A stretch of DNA of 64,000 nt from Candidatus Marinacidobacterales bacterium (lineage in GTDB: Bacteria; Acidobacteriota; Vicinamibacteria; Marinacidobacterales; DATDRI01): the NCBI GenBank assembly GCA_965219415.1, contig OZ244742.1:1216001-1280000 (forward strand), read 5' to 3'. Shown in pieces: positions 51,701 through 63,758 of the stretch. The position numbers and the translations under genes were made by a program. The stretch's first letter is position 1, and each line of letters begins with the position of its first letter. Below the pieces are notes generated by a model that worked only from the letters and a program-made list of their open reading frames with translations, searched no databases and was not told the origin of the DNA.

Positions 51701-52945
51701 CCGATTGTCCTCCTGCCCAGCGGAAAGTGTACGGAGACCTCCGTACCCCGTGGCTCGAGACTGTCCACACGGATGACTCCGTTGTAATCCTTCACGATTC
51801 TATAGACGATGGCCAGACCTAGTCCGCTCCCCCGCTCGAACTTTCCGGAGAAGGGTCGGAATACCTGATGCACGTCACCCTGGCTCAGGCCAACGCCTTG
51901 GTCACGAAAAGCCATGACCACTTCCCCCGAGCCGTTGCGCTCGAGCTCTACCTCCAAGCGACCTCCCTCCGGCATCGCTTGAATGGCGTTGCGGGCTAAA
52001 TTCCAAGTTATCTGTTTCATGTGATTGGCATCGGCGAAGAGCTTCACCTCCGACTCGGGTAGCTTCAAGGCGATCTCGTGCTCCGGCTGAACTTCCGCGC
52101 TGTTTTCGAGCAGAGCAACCGTTTCCCCCACGACCTCCCGAAGGTCGATGTTGCGGGGCTCGAACTTCGGGGGCCTTGCGTAGACCAGGAACTCGTTCAA
52201 AATGGACGAGAGGCGCTCCGATTCCCTCACAATGATGTCCATCAATCGAGAATCGAGAATTTTCTCCCGCCAGGCCCAGCTCTTCCTCGAGGACCTGAAC
52301 GGAACCGCTGATGGACGCCAACGGGTTGCGGATCTCGTGAGCCATCCCCGCCGCCATCTCTCCCATCGTGGCGAGGTTTTCCTTTAGGCGGACCTCATTC
52401 TCCAACCGTTTGATCTCGGTGAGGTCCTGAAACGTAAAAAGGAATCCGCTCCTGCTCTCCCCCTTATAGAGGAGGTGGGAGACGCTCAACCCCAGGTAGA
52501 TCTCATCGCCATGCCCGTTCAGATAGGCCCCCTCCATCCGACAGTAGCGACGCACTTCCAACATCGAGTCGATGCGTTCGATGAAGCCTTCGTCTTCCCC
52601 GAGGAGCTCACCGGCCTTTTGACCCATCGCTTGCGCCGCCTTCACCTTGAGAATCGCCTGCGCGGCGTCGTTGAAGAAGTTGATGCGTCCTTCGGTATCG
52701 GTGGTCATCAAGCCCGAAGAGAGTGAGTCGATGACCGTTTGGTTGAAAGCTTGAAGGTCGGCGAGATGATCGGACGCCACCTCGAGCTCGCGGCCCGTCT
52801 CGCGGAGACTCTCGGAAAGATAGCTGGTGAGAAACCCTACGGTGAAGAAGAGAAACGTGTTCAGAAAGATCGTGAAGTGCACGGCCTTCGTTGGAAAGGA
52901 CGGCTGGCCTTCCAGGGAACGCCAGTCGTCGCGAAGAAATAGGAT
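51697..52945 (-). pseudogene. pilS: PilS-like sensor kinase, 5'-truncated and frameshifted
   Basis: AHEIRNPL, NLARNA, GSGLGL; 7-bp duplication at 52244-52257; only the last TM helix remains. Confidence 0.85.
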
Positions 52946-52949
52946 TAAC

Positions 52950-54149
52950 TCACAGCTGGTTGATCAAATGGAAGATAGGCAGGTACATCGAGATAACGAT
53001 TCCACCCACGACCGTACCCAGGAAGAGGATCAGGATCGGCTCCATCAGCGTCATCAAGTTAGCCACCGACTGATCCACTTCGTCTTCGTAGAAATCTGCG
53101 ATCTTCGAGAGCATAGTATCCAAGGCACCGGTTTGCTCGCCGACCGAGATCATTTGAACCACCATGGACGGAAAAACATCGGTCGCCTTGAGCGGCTGGG
53201 CGAGCGTCTGACCACCCTCGACGCTCTTCCGAGTGGTCATGATCGCGTCTTCGACGATGGCGTTACCCGCCGTCCGCGCAGTAATCTCCAGTCCGTCCAG
53301 GATGGGCACACCACTAGACATCAACGTGGCAAGCGTCCGGCAAAAACGGGCCACCGAAATTTTCCTGAGGATCAACCCCAGAACAGGCGCTTTCAACAGC
53401 AAACCATCGAGCACTCGCCTGCCCTTGTGGGTCGCATGGTAACGACGGATGCCGACTACCGTCCCGATTGAGCCCAAGACGAGAAACGGCAGGAGCCGAA
53501 CGAACCAGTTGGACATGGCGATGACGATTCGCGTGGGCAGAGGCAACTGCGCCCCGAGCCCGGCAAACAGAGCCGCGAAAGTCGGAATCACTTTCCAGAG
53601 AATGACACCCACCACCAAACCGGCGATGCTGACCACCGTCGCCGGATAGATCATCGCCGACTTCACTTGGGACTTCAGCTTGACATTTTTTTCTATATAG
53701 ATGGCCAGGCGTTTGAGAATCGTGTCCAAGATACCGCCAGCCTCGCCGGCGGCGATCATATTGGTATACAGATCATCAAATGCCTGAGGATGCTTTTTCA
53801 TAGCATCGGCTAGGGACGAACCGCCTTCCACGTCCTGACGCACGGCCAGAAGCACTTTCTGGAAGCTGGCATTGTCCTGCTGGGTCCCCAGGATCTCCAA
53901 GCACTGCACCAATGGGAGTCCGGCATCGATCATCACCGAGAACTGACGGGTGAAGATGGCAATGTCCTTGGACTTGATGCCGCCCCCCAACTTGGGAAGC
54001 GCCAACTCCTTGCCCTTCTCCTTGATGCTAGTGACCAGGACCTGCTCACGACGGAGCATGGCAATCACCGCGTCCTTGGAATCGGCGACCCTTTCTCCGC
54101 TGGTGGCCACGCCGCGACGCGTCTTGCCTTTCCAAACGTACGCCGGCAT
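52950..54149 (-). CDS. pilC: Type IV pilus platform protein
   Basis: FTRQFSVMIDAGLPL, GEAGGILD, AMIYP, MYLPIF. Confidence 0.96.
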   Translation of the reverse strand: MPAYVWKGKTRRGVATSGERVADSKDAVIAMLRREQVLVTSIKEKGKELALPKLGGGIKSKDIAIFTRQFSVMIDAGLPLVQCLEILGTQQDNASFQKVLLAVRQDVEGGSSLADAMKKHPQAFDDLYTNMIAAGEAGGILDTILKRLAIYIEKNVKLKSQVKSAMIYPATVVSIAGLVVGVILWKVIPTFAALFAGLGAQLPLPTRIVIAMSNWFVRLLPFLVLGSIGTVVGIRRYHATHKGRRVLDGLLLKAPVLGLILRKISVARFCRTLATLMSSGVPILDGLEITARTAGNAIVEDAIMTTRKSVEGGQTLAQPLKATDVFPSMVVQMISVGEQTGALDTMLSKIADFYEDEVDQSVANLMTLMEPILILFLGTVVGGIVISMYLPIFHLINQL

Positions 54150-54238
54150 CCTGTGCCTCCTTTACTCCTTCAAACCAATTAAACGGTTTTGGATGGCCTC
54201 TTACACTTGGCAACCTGACGTCCGGGGCCATCTGTTCT

Positions 54239-55366
54239 CTACCGACCGCCCCCGGCGCGGTTGCCCGCCATCTGCGGTCGGTGGCCACCGGAAATTCCGG
54301 CGCCCCGATTGATCATATCCTGGAGCTCATCCGGGATGGATGACATCGAGAGGGCCAATTGCAGCGTGATCTGCTTCTGAGCGTAGAGCGTTGACAAGCA
54401 TTGATTGAACGTCTGCATCCCGTGTTTTTCCTGGCCGGTCTGCATCGACGAATAAATCTGATGGATCTTGTCCTCACGAATCAGATTCCGGACTGCCGAA
54501 TTCGGAATCAGAATCTCCATCGCCAATACGCGGCCGGTTCCGCTCGCACGGGGTAGCAAGGTCTGACACATGATCCCCTCGAGCACGAACGAGAGTTGGG
54601 CTCGAATCTGGGGTTGCTGGTGCGCCGGGAAGACGTCGACGATACGGTTGATGGTTTGAGCGGCGGAGTTGGTATGCAGGGTAGCGAACGTCAAGTGGCC
54701 GGTCTCAGCGATGCGAAGCGCCGATTCTATGGTCTCGAGATCACGCATCTCTCCGATGAGCACCACGTCGGGATCCTCACGAAGCACGGATCGCAGCGCA
54801 TTGGGGAAACTGAGGGTGTCGGCATGGAGCTCACGCTGATTCACGATGCACTTCTGGTGGTTGTGCAAGTACTCGATGGGGTCTTCGATGGTGATGATGT
54901 GCTCGGCTCTTTCCTTGTTGACCTTGTCCAGCATGGCGGCAAGCGTCGTCGACTTGCCGCTCCCCGTCGGGCCGGTCACCAGCACCAACCCTCTCGGCTT
55001 GTCGCAGATCTGTGACACCACGGTCGGGAGTCCCAACTGCTTGAATCCGAGGATTTCGTAGGGAATCGTCCGATAAACGGCCGCCACCGATCCCCGTTGC
55101 ATGAACACGTTGGCGCGGAACCGTGCCAGATTCTTGATGCCGAACGAGAAATCCAGCTCGAGGTTCTCTTCAAAACGATGCTTTTGGTTGTCGGTGAGCA
55201 CACTGTAAGCGATCTGTTTCGTTTCCACCGAAGTGAGGGGAGGCATGTCGAGCGGACGAAGCTTGCCGTCCACCCGCACCTGAGGCGCCGAGTTATTGGT
55301 CACGTGTAGATCGGACCCGCCCATCTCGAGCATCGTCTTCAGCAACTGATGAAGGCTAACCGCCAT
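54239..55366 (-). CDS. pilT: Pilus retraction ATPase
   Basis: GPTGSGKSTT, EDPIE, LREDPD, AETGH, AVRNLIRE, GMQTF. Confidence 0.97.
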   Translation of the reverse strand: MAVSLHQLLKTMLEMGGSDLHVTNNSAPQVRVDGKLRPLDMPPLTSVETKQIAYSVLTDNQKHRFEENLELDFSFGIKNLARFRANVFMQRGSVAAVYRTIPYEILGFKQLGLPTVVSQICDKPRGLVLVTGPTGSGKSTTLAAMLDKVNKERAEHIITIEDPIEYLHNHQKCIVNQRELHADTLSFPNALRSVLREDPDVVLIGEMRDLETIESALRIAETGHLTFATLHTNSAAQTINRIVDVFPAHQQPQIRAQLSFVLEGIMCQTLLPRASGTGRVLAMEILIPNSAVRNLIREDKIHQIYSSMQTGQEKHGMQTFNQCLSTLYAQKQITLQLALSMSSIPDELQDMINRGAGISGGHRPQMAGNRAGGGR

Positions 55367-55493
55367 ATCTTGACCTCACTGATATTCTTTCTGGAATCCC
55401 TGTCAAGTCATGTCAAGTTTGTCACGTTAACTTGCCGCCCAAGAGTTTACCGGCGAGCATCCAAAGTGGTCCGCCCCCAGATCCTCCAAGGAA

Positions 55494-57209
55494 TTATTTT
55501 ACGGTCTCGCGAACGACCTCGTCGATGGTCGTCATGCCGTCCGCGATCTTCTGGAGTCCGCTCCGCCTGAGGGTGAGCATACCTTCCTCGACCGCTTGCT
55601 TCTTGATCTCCATCGACGAGGCACCCTCCAAGACCATCTGACGAATCTCGTCGGTGCACTCGAGGACTTCGTAGAGGCCTAGGCGCCCTTTGTATCCGGT
55701 GTTGTTGCAGGTCGTGCACCCCTTACCCTTGAAGATCGTAAGGTTCTTCGCCTCATCGGGCTCGAATCCGACATCGATGAGCGCCTGAGGAGGCACTTCC
55801 ATCGGCCCCCGGCACTCCTTGCAGATCTTTCGCACCAACCGTTGAGCACAAATCAGGTGGACCGACGTCGCCACCAGGAAAGGCTCGATGCCCATGTTCA
55901 TGAGTCGATTGATCGTTGAAGGAGCGTCATTAGTGTGCAACGTGGATAGAACCAAGTGGCCGGTCAAGGCGGCCTTGACCGCGATCTCGGCCGTTTCGAA
56001 GTCTCGAATCTCTCCGACCAAAACGATGTTGGGATCCTGACGGAGGAAAGAGCGCAGGGCGGCCGCGAAGTTCAAGCCGATCGACTCCTTCATCTGCACC
56101 TGGTTGATGCCTACCAAGTTGAACTCCACCGGATCTTCGGCGGTCATGATGTTAGTTTCGGGTGTGTTGAGCCGGCTGATCTCGGAATAGAGCGTATTCG
56201 TCTTGCCGCTGCCGGTCGGCCCCGTCACCAGTACCATCCCCCACGGCTTGAGGATGGCCTCTTCGAAATGCTTCAACGAAGCAACCTCGAAACCCAGCTT
56301 GGTCATGTCGAGCATGAGGTTTTCTTTGTCGAGCAATCGAAGCACAACCTTCTCGCCAAAGAGGGTGGGCAGAGTCGAAACGCGGTAATCGAGCTCTCGC
56401 ATCTTGCCGTTGCTGTTCATTCGGATCTTGATCCGGCCATCTTGAGGGAGACGCTTCTCCGAGATGTCGAGCTTGGCCATAATCTTGAGACGCGAAGTGA
56501 TCGCGTCGCGAAGCTTCATCGGCGGGTTCATTACAACGTAGAGAACACCGTCGATGCGGAAGCGCACGCGAAACTCCCGCTCATACGGCTCGATGTGGAT
56601 ATCGCTCGCTCCCCGACGCAGCGCGTCGGTGAGGATCAAGTTGCATAGCTTGACGACCGGAGCTTCTTCGCTGGAGCGTTCCAGCTCTTCGAGGTCGATG
56701 TCCGAGGTCTCCTCGAGGACCTCGACGTCGCCGGCGTCGGTCTCGGCCAGCTCGCTCATGACTTCCCTGAGCTGCAAGGAATGCGCGGAGCCATAGTACT
56801 TGTCGATGGAATCCATGATGGCGGTTTCTGACGCCACGACCGGCTCGACGTTGTAGCCAGTCATGAATTTGATGTCGTCCATCGCGAAAACGTTCGTCGG
56901 ATCCACCATGGCGATGGTCAAGTTGGCGCCTGCTCTCGAAAGCGGAATGATCTGATACTTCTGGGCGGTCTCGGCGGGCACGAGCTTGATGACGGAAGGG
57001 TCGCTCTCGAATCGCGCGAGATTGATGGCCGGAACGCCGTACTGACGAGACAGCAAGCCGGTGATCTCCTCGTCCTTGACGAAGCCTAACTTGACGAGGT
57101 TGTACCCTAGCTTGCCACCGTGTTGTTTTTGATAGGTTAGGGCTTCTTGAAGTTGCTGGGGTGAAATCAGGTTTTCCTTAACCAGCAACTCGCCGAGCTT
57201 AATTGGCAT
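55494..57209 (-). CDS. pilB: Pilus assembly ATPase
   Basis: MshEN-like KLGELL, ASDIHIEP, RLPQDG, GPTGSGKT, LRQDP, Zn-binding cysteines. Confidence 0.97.
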   Translation of the reverse strand: MPIKLGELLVKENLISPQQLQEALTYQKQHGGKLGYNLVKLGFVKDEEITGLLSRQYGVPAINLARFESDPSVIKLVPAETAQKYQIIPLSRAGANLTIAMVDPTNVFAMDDIKFMTGYNVEPVVASETAIMDSIDKYYGSAHSLQLREVMSELAETDAGDVEVLEETSDIDLEELERSSEEAPVVKLCNLILTDALRRGASDIHIEPYEREFRVRFRIDGVLYVVMNPPMKLRDAITSRLKIMAKLDISEKRLPQDGRIKIRMNSNGKMRELDYRVSTLPTLFGEKVVLRLLDKENLMLDMTKLGFEVASLKHFEEAILKPWGMVLVTGPTGSGKTNTLYSEISRLNTPETNIMTAEDPVEFNLVGINQVQMKESIGLNFAAALRSFLRQDPNIVLVGEIRDFETAEIAVKAALTGHLVLSTLHTNDAPSTINRLMNMGIEPFLVATSVHLICAQRLVRKICKECRGPMEVPPQALIDVGFEPDEAKNLTIFKGKGCTTCNNTGYKGRLGLYEVLECTDEIRQMVLEGASSMEIKKQAVEEGMLTLRRSGLQKIADGMTTIDEVVRETVK

Positions 57210-57423
57210 CCACTACTCCGCTCGAACTCGATCTGGCCGGAGGCCTTAAGTTTCTCTGTTCACTATGGATTACCGGAATAGCGTGTTCAAATACTTTAAC
57301 CTCCGGGTCGAGAATTGTCAAGGGAGAACCCATATCGGGGGGCCGGGAAGCCAGTAATGGCGGGGCTTACCGCGTGTCTGGGGGTCCGGACCCGCTTCAG
57401 AATAGCACAGTTCCCGACACCTC

Positions 57424-58488
57424 TCAGCGGCTGAGACTGACCCCTAGCCAAAGGGCTCCTTGCCGCCTTTTCGTGCTCGTCATCACACCGAGATCAACGA
57501 TCACCATGGCAATTCGAACGCCAACCCCGAGAGAAACGCCCGGTCGTGTCATTGAACCGGCGGCGAGCTCAGTCCTCAAACCACCACGCACCGCCACCCG
57601 CCGACTTCCCCAAGCCTTTTCGACACCGACCGAAAGCTCGCGCCAGTGCTGAGTGCTCCCTGCCGGAGAAGATACCGGAGGAGACCACGGAGAATCCCGC
57701 GAAGTCAGATCGGCGTCGACCGCGACAAGAAAGTCGGACTCCAACATGAACGCCACGCCGGCGCGCGCATGTGTGGGCAGAACGATCTCATTGTCGCTTT
57801 CGGTGTGAAACGTGGGCTCGGTAAGGTTTCGTGCCATGAGACCGAGCCGGAGCCAGTCGTTCGGTTGGTAGAGAAGACCAAGGTCTAGACCAAACTCGTT
57901 TTCGATCCGGCCCTCGCCGGCGACAGCTCGATCTACTAGATCGCCAACATTGCGGTTGGCGGTTGGAACAAAGCTAGCCGGCTCACCCTGCTCGAACGCC
58001 GTACCGCGGATCAACCTGGCATTGACACCCACCGTCAACTCATCCAAAGGCAGCGATTGTACGAGCGAGACCGCAACATCCAACGTCTCGAGTCCTCGCG
58101 AATGGAGTACGTCGTCCTCTAGGAAGGAGGAGGTTTCCGTTAAACCCGTTACAGCAACACCCAACATGGTGAAGCTAGTCGAAGAGCCTATCCCATCGCC
58201 GGCATCCAGAACCGAATTGTCGCCGGGAAGCCCCTGCCGAACACCGTTCACCAGTTCGTTGCGATCTTGAAAAGAAGTGCCGGCATAGAACCCGGCTCGA
58301 ATGAGGTTTCCATATACGATTCCGGCCGGATTCCAATGAAAGGCCGTTGAATCGTCGGCCACCGCCGTGAAGGCACCGGCGAGGCCAGTTGCTCGTGCCC
58401 CCAAAAACGGTGCTGACGTGTCAGCACTGGTGCTGCGCGCCATGACCAAGAGGCAAACAATCAACAGGGTCGCCGAGGCTCGCAACAT
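57424..58488 (-). CDS. TraF_2/FadL-like outer-membrane beta-barrel
   Basis: GARATGLAGAFTAVADDSTAFHWNPAG; amphipathic beta-strands. Confidence 0.7.
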   Translation of the reverse strand: MLRASATLLIVCLLVMARSTSADTSAPFLGARATGLAGAFTAVADDSTAFHWNPAGIVYGNLIRAGFYAGTSFQDRNELVNGVRQGLPGDNSVLDAGDGIGSSTSFTMLGVAVTGLTETSSFLEDDVLHSRGLETLDVAVSLVQSLPLDELTVGVNARLIRGTAFEQGEPASFVPTANRNVGDLVDRAVAGEGRIENEFGLDLGLLYQPNDWLRLGLMARNLTEPTFHTESDNEIVLPTHARAGVAFMLESDFLVAVDADLTSRDSPWSPPVSSPAGSTQHWRELSVGVEKAWGSRRVAVRGGLRTELAAGSMTRPGVSLGVGVRIAMVIVDLGVMTSTKRRQGALWLGVSLSR

Positions 58489-58625
58489 CCGACCACTATA
58501 ACTCCCGAGGGGAAACCGTTGCCAATGGTGACGATGTCAAAAACGAAATCGTTGTTGACACCGAAGATCCGGCGAGGATATGATTGCGAGTGCGCTACAA
58601 AGTCACCACAACATTTTCTGGTTGA

Positions 58626-59444
58626 ATGCGGACAATAGCGGTCATACCTGCCCGCTTCCACTCTGAGCGTCTCCCCGGAAAGCCTCTCGCCGATCTCGGC
58701 GGCCGCCCTTTGGTGGAACACGTATACCGGCGTTCCTCGGAGGCACGTCTGATCGATCGAGTGCTCGTTGCTACCGATGATTCCAGGATTCGAGACGCGG
58801 TGACTTCCTTCGGCGGCGAATGCGTCCTTACCTCCCCCAACCATCCGAGCGGAACGGACCGGGTGGCGGAAGCGGTGGCCGATATCGAAGTCGATTTGGT
58901 GGTCAACATTCAAGGGGACGAGCCCTTCCTCGAAGCGCAAGACATCGATCTAGTCGTGGGCGCGTGCCAACCGAGCGAAACGGGCCCAGTGATTGCAACG
59001 CTCGCCAGTCCGATCGCAACCCCAGAAGAGTTCAGCGATCCCAACACCGTCAAGGTGGTGGTCGACCGACGCGGCTTTGCTCTTTATTTTTCTCGCGCGC
59101 CGATCCCGTTCGTGGCGACGACACAAATGAGCGGCGATACACGGCGCCCCCGTTTCGACCAAGGTGAAGACGCCGGGCTCGGCTCGTGCTTCAAGCACGT
59201 CGGCCTATATGTGTACCCGAAACCGGTTTTGCAAGAGCTCACCCGCTTCGAACCGAGCCCATTGGAGCGCATCGAGAGGCTCGAGCAGCTCCGCGCTTTG
59301 GAAAACGGCATTCCTATTCGGGTCGAGATTACCGAGAGCGTGAGTGTCGGCATCGATACGCCGGCCGATCTCAAGCGAGCGAGAGAGTTGCTTAGGAAAT
59401 TGTGTAGTCAGTCCGGAGACACCGCTCGCCGGTCTCTCCAATAA
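58626..59444 (+). CDS. kdsB: CMP-KDO synthetase
   Basis: IPARFHSERLPGKPL, SGTDR, NIQGDEP, LEQLRALE. Confidence 0.96.
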   Translation: MRTIAVIPARFHSERLPGKPLADLGGRPLVEHVYRRSSEARLIDRVLVATDDSRIRDAVTSFGGECVLTSPNHPSGTDRVAEAVADIEVDLVVNIQGDEPFLEAQDIDLVVGACQPSETGPVIATLASPIATPEEFSDPNTVKVVVDRRGFALYFSRAPIPFVATTQMSGDTRRPRFDQGEDAGLGSCFKHVGLYVYPKPVLQELTRFEPSPLERIERLEQLRALENGIPIRVEITESVSVGIDTPADLKRARELLRKLCSQSGDTARRSLQ

Positions 59445-61187
<1,743 letters not shown>

Positions 61188-61255
61188 CGCCGGGGGCCAC
61201 CGGGACAGGTCAGTTTCGGCCTCAGTCAGCCCGTTCAAGGCCAGTTCAGGTTAAG

Positions 61256-62116
61256 ATGGGCCCGAGATCCATGCCAACAGACGATCGAACCCGCGCTGTG
61301 CGTGTCGCTGACACCACCTTTGGGGCCGGCCATCCGTTCGTCCTCATCGCGGGCCCCTGTGTCATCGAAGACGACCGCCATCCGTTCTACATGGCCGAGC
61401 AACTCAAGTCCATCGCTCGCGAGGCGGAGGTTCCCTTCATCTTCAAGGCTTCGTTCGACAAGGCGAACCGAACCGCGGTGGATTCCTTTCGTGGTCCGGG
61501 CCTCGAGGACGGCCTCGCTGTACTCGGTGAGATCCGTCATAAACTCGAGCTTCCCGTGACGACCGACGTTCACGAACCCGAGCAAGCCGAGGCAGTCGCA
61601 GAGGTCGTGGACCTCTTGCAGATCCCTGCATTTCTCTGCCGCCAGACCGACCTCATCACGGCCTCGGCTCGAACCGGTAAGCCGATCAACATCAAGAAGG
61701 GGCAGTTCCTGGCCCCCTGGGATATGGCTCACACCGCCGACAAGGCTCGTGCCACCGGGAACGAGGACGTTCTTCTGACCGAACGCGGAACTAGTTTTGG
61801 GTACAACAATCTCGTGGTCGATGTGCGCGGCTTCTCTGTCATGCGCGAGACCGGATGCCCGGTCGTGTTCGACGTGACCCACAGCCTGCAGCTACCCGGG
61901 GGGGCAGGCAAAACGTCCGGAGGGCAGTCTCGCTTCATCGCCGAGCTCGCCTCTGCGGGCGTCGCCGCTGGGGTAGACGGCATTTTCATGGAGGTACACG
62001 ACCGCCCGGATCAAGCTCGCTCGGATGGACCCAATAGTTGCCCACTCGATAAATTGGCGTCAGTCCTGAAACGCCTCAAAACCATCGAACGGGCGGTCCG
62101 AGAGGGTGGGTCATGA
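61256..62116 (+). CDS. kdsA: KDO-8-phosphate synthase
   Basis: AGPCVIE, DKANRT, PAFLCRQT, KKGQF. Confidence 0.96.
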   Translation: MGPRSMPTDDRTRAVRVADTTFGAGHPFVLIAGPCVIEDDRHPFYMAEQLKSIAREAEVPFIFKASFDKANRTAVDSFRGPGLEDGLAVLGEIRHKLELPVTTDVHEPEQAEAVAEVVDLLQIPAFLCRQTDLITASARTGKPINIKKGQFLAPWDMAHTADKARATGNEDVLLTERGTSFGYNNLVVDVRGFSVMRETGCPVVFDVTHSLQLPGGAGKTSGGQSRFIAELASAGVAAGVDGIFMEVHDRPDQARSDGPNSCPLDKLASVLKRLKTIERAVREGGS

Positions 62117-63072
62117 GCCTGGAGCTTGCACGCAGGGTTCTGACCATTGAGGCCCGCGCGATCGAGAAACTCATCGAGAGACTGGACGAGAATTTCGCCC
62201 GTGCGGTAGAGCTGGTGTCCAATTGTCAGGGTCGGGTCGTGGTGACCGGCATGGGAAAGTCCGGAATCATTTGCCGCAAAATCGCGGCAACCCTGAACAG
62301 CACCGGAACGCCGTCGGTGTTCCTTCATCCCGCCGAAGCACTCCACGGTGACCTCGGAATGGTGGTCAAAGACGATGCTGTCGTCGCCGTCTCCAACAGT
62401 GGCGAGACCGAAGAGCTGGTGCAGCTACTCGAGACTCTCAAGCGTCTCCGCGTGCCCCTGCTCTCACTCCTTGGTCGCACACGCTCGACATTGGGTAATG
62501 CCTCCGACGTGGTTCTGGATGTCTCGGTAGATGAAGAGGCCTGCCCAATGGGCCTGGCACCTACCGCTAGCACCACTGCCCTCCTCGCCTTGGGCGACGC
62601 CTTGGCGATGGCAGTGTTGGAAAAGAAAGGGTTCACTACCGAAGACTTCGCGGTGCTCCACCCGCGTGGTCAGTTGGGGTTCAAGCTCCGAAGAGTCGAA
62701 AACCTGATGCACACCGGAGAGGAGCTCCCAAAGGTGAAGACGGATGCGCTGATGCGCGACGTGATATACGAGATGTCTCGCAAGGGGCTCGGTGTCACCA
62801 GCGTGGTCGACGACAATCAGAAACTCGTCGGCGTCATATCCGACGGTGACTTGCGTCGCCAACTCGGCAAAGATGCGGAACTCTTGGGCCGGAAGGCCGG
62901 TGAGTGCATGACTCACGATCCAGCAACGATCGACCGTAAGGAGCTCGCCACGAGCGCCCTCGCCCTCATGGAGGACCGCAAGATCACGTCCCTCCTCGTC
63001 CCTGATGGGGTTGGCGGTATCGCGGGCATTATTCACCTCCACGATTTGTGGAGACTCGGCCAATATTTTTGA
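62113..63072 (+). CDS. kdsD: Arabinose-5-phosphate isomerase (KpsF/GutQ)
   Basis: GMGKSG, HGDLG, APTAST, HPRGQLG, CBS pair. Confidence 0.95.
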   Translation: MSLELARRVLTIEARAIEKLIERLDENFARAVELVSNCQGRVVVTGMGKSGIICRKIAATLNSTGTPSVFLHPAEALHGDLGMVVKDDAVVAVSNSGETEELVQLLETLKRLRVPLLSLLGRTRSTLGNASDVVLDVSVDEEACPMGLAPTASTTALLALGDALAMAVLEKKGFTTEDFAVLHPRGQLGFKLRRVENLMHTGEELPKVKTDALMRDVIYEMSRKGLGVTSVVDDNQKLVGVISDGDLRRQLGKDAELLGRKAGECMTHDPATIDRKELATSALALMEDRKITSLLVPDGVGGIAGIIHLHDLWRLGQYF

Positions 63073-63231
63073 AGAGTACTGGTGGGCTGACGCGCGTGAG
63101 GGCCGCCAAACTAGGTTATTGCTGAAGCCCGACGTGGCCAGGCGGCGGGACCTAGCCGAAGCCGTGGGCGCTAGAGGAGCCTGCCACGGCGTAGGCGGGA
63201 GCGAGCGAAGAGCGAGCACTAGGTTAAGACT

Positions 63232-63756
63232 GTGGACAATATCTTTAGAGAAAAAGCGAAGAAGATCCAAATGCTCCTCCTCGACGTAGACGGGGTCCTC
63301 ACCGACGGCACGTTCGAGCGACACGGCAGCGAAGAGGTGAAGCGCTTCCATTCCCGTGACGGCATCGGACTCGTGCTGGCCCGAAAGGCAGGGTTAAAGG
63401 TCGGGCTCATCTCTGGCCGCAAGTCTACGGCGGTGACCCACCGGGCCAAGGAGCTGAAGTTGGACTTCGTCCGCCTGGGCGCCGGTGATAAGCTAGCCGC
63501 TCTTCAGGAAGCACTCGGTCAGGAAGGACTGTCACAGGAAAAGGTCGCGTTCATGGGTGACGACCTTCCTGATCTGCCAGTCTTGAGTCGAGTTGGACTC
63601 TCCGCGACGGTCGCGGACGCCCATCCCGAGGTCAGAGCGCGCGTCGACCTCGTGACTCGGGCGAGAGGAGGTTCCGGCGCGGTGCGAGAGCTCGTCGATC
63701 AAATCCTGACCGCCAAGGGAATGCTCGAAAACCTAGTCCAAGAATATTTGAGGTAG
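63232..63756 (+). CDS. kdsC: KDO-8-phosphate phosphatase
   Basis: DVDGVLTDG, GDDLPD, GGSGAVRE. Confidence 0.94.
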   Translation: MDNIFREKAKKIQMLLLDVDGVLTDGTFERHGSEEVKRFHSRDGIGLVLARKAGLKVGLISGRKSTAVTHRAKELKLDFVRLGAGDKLAALQEALGQEGLSQEKVAFMGDDLPDLPVLSRVGLSATVADAHPEVRARVDLVTRARGGSGAVRELVDQILTAKGMLENLVQEYLR

Positions 63757-63758
63757 CC

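Noticed and set aside
55401-55426. TGTCAAGT repeats upstream of pilT as an operator or tandem -35 boxes
   Set aside because: No convincing -10 at proper spacing; too short to support
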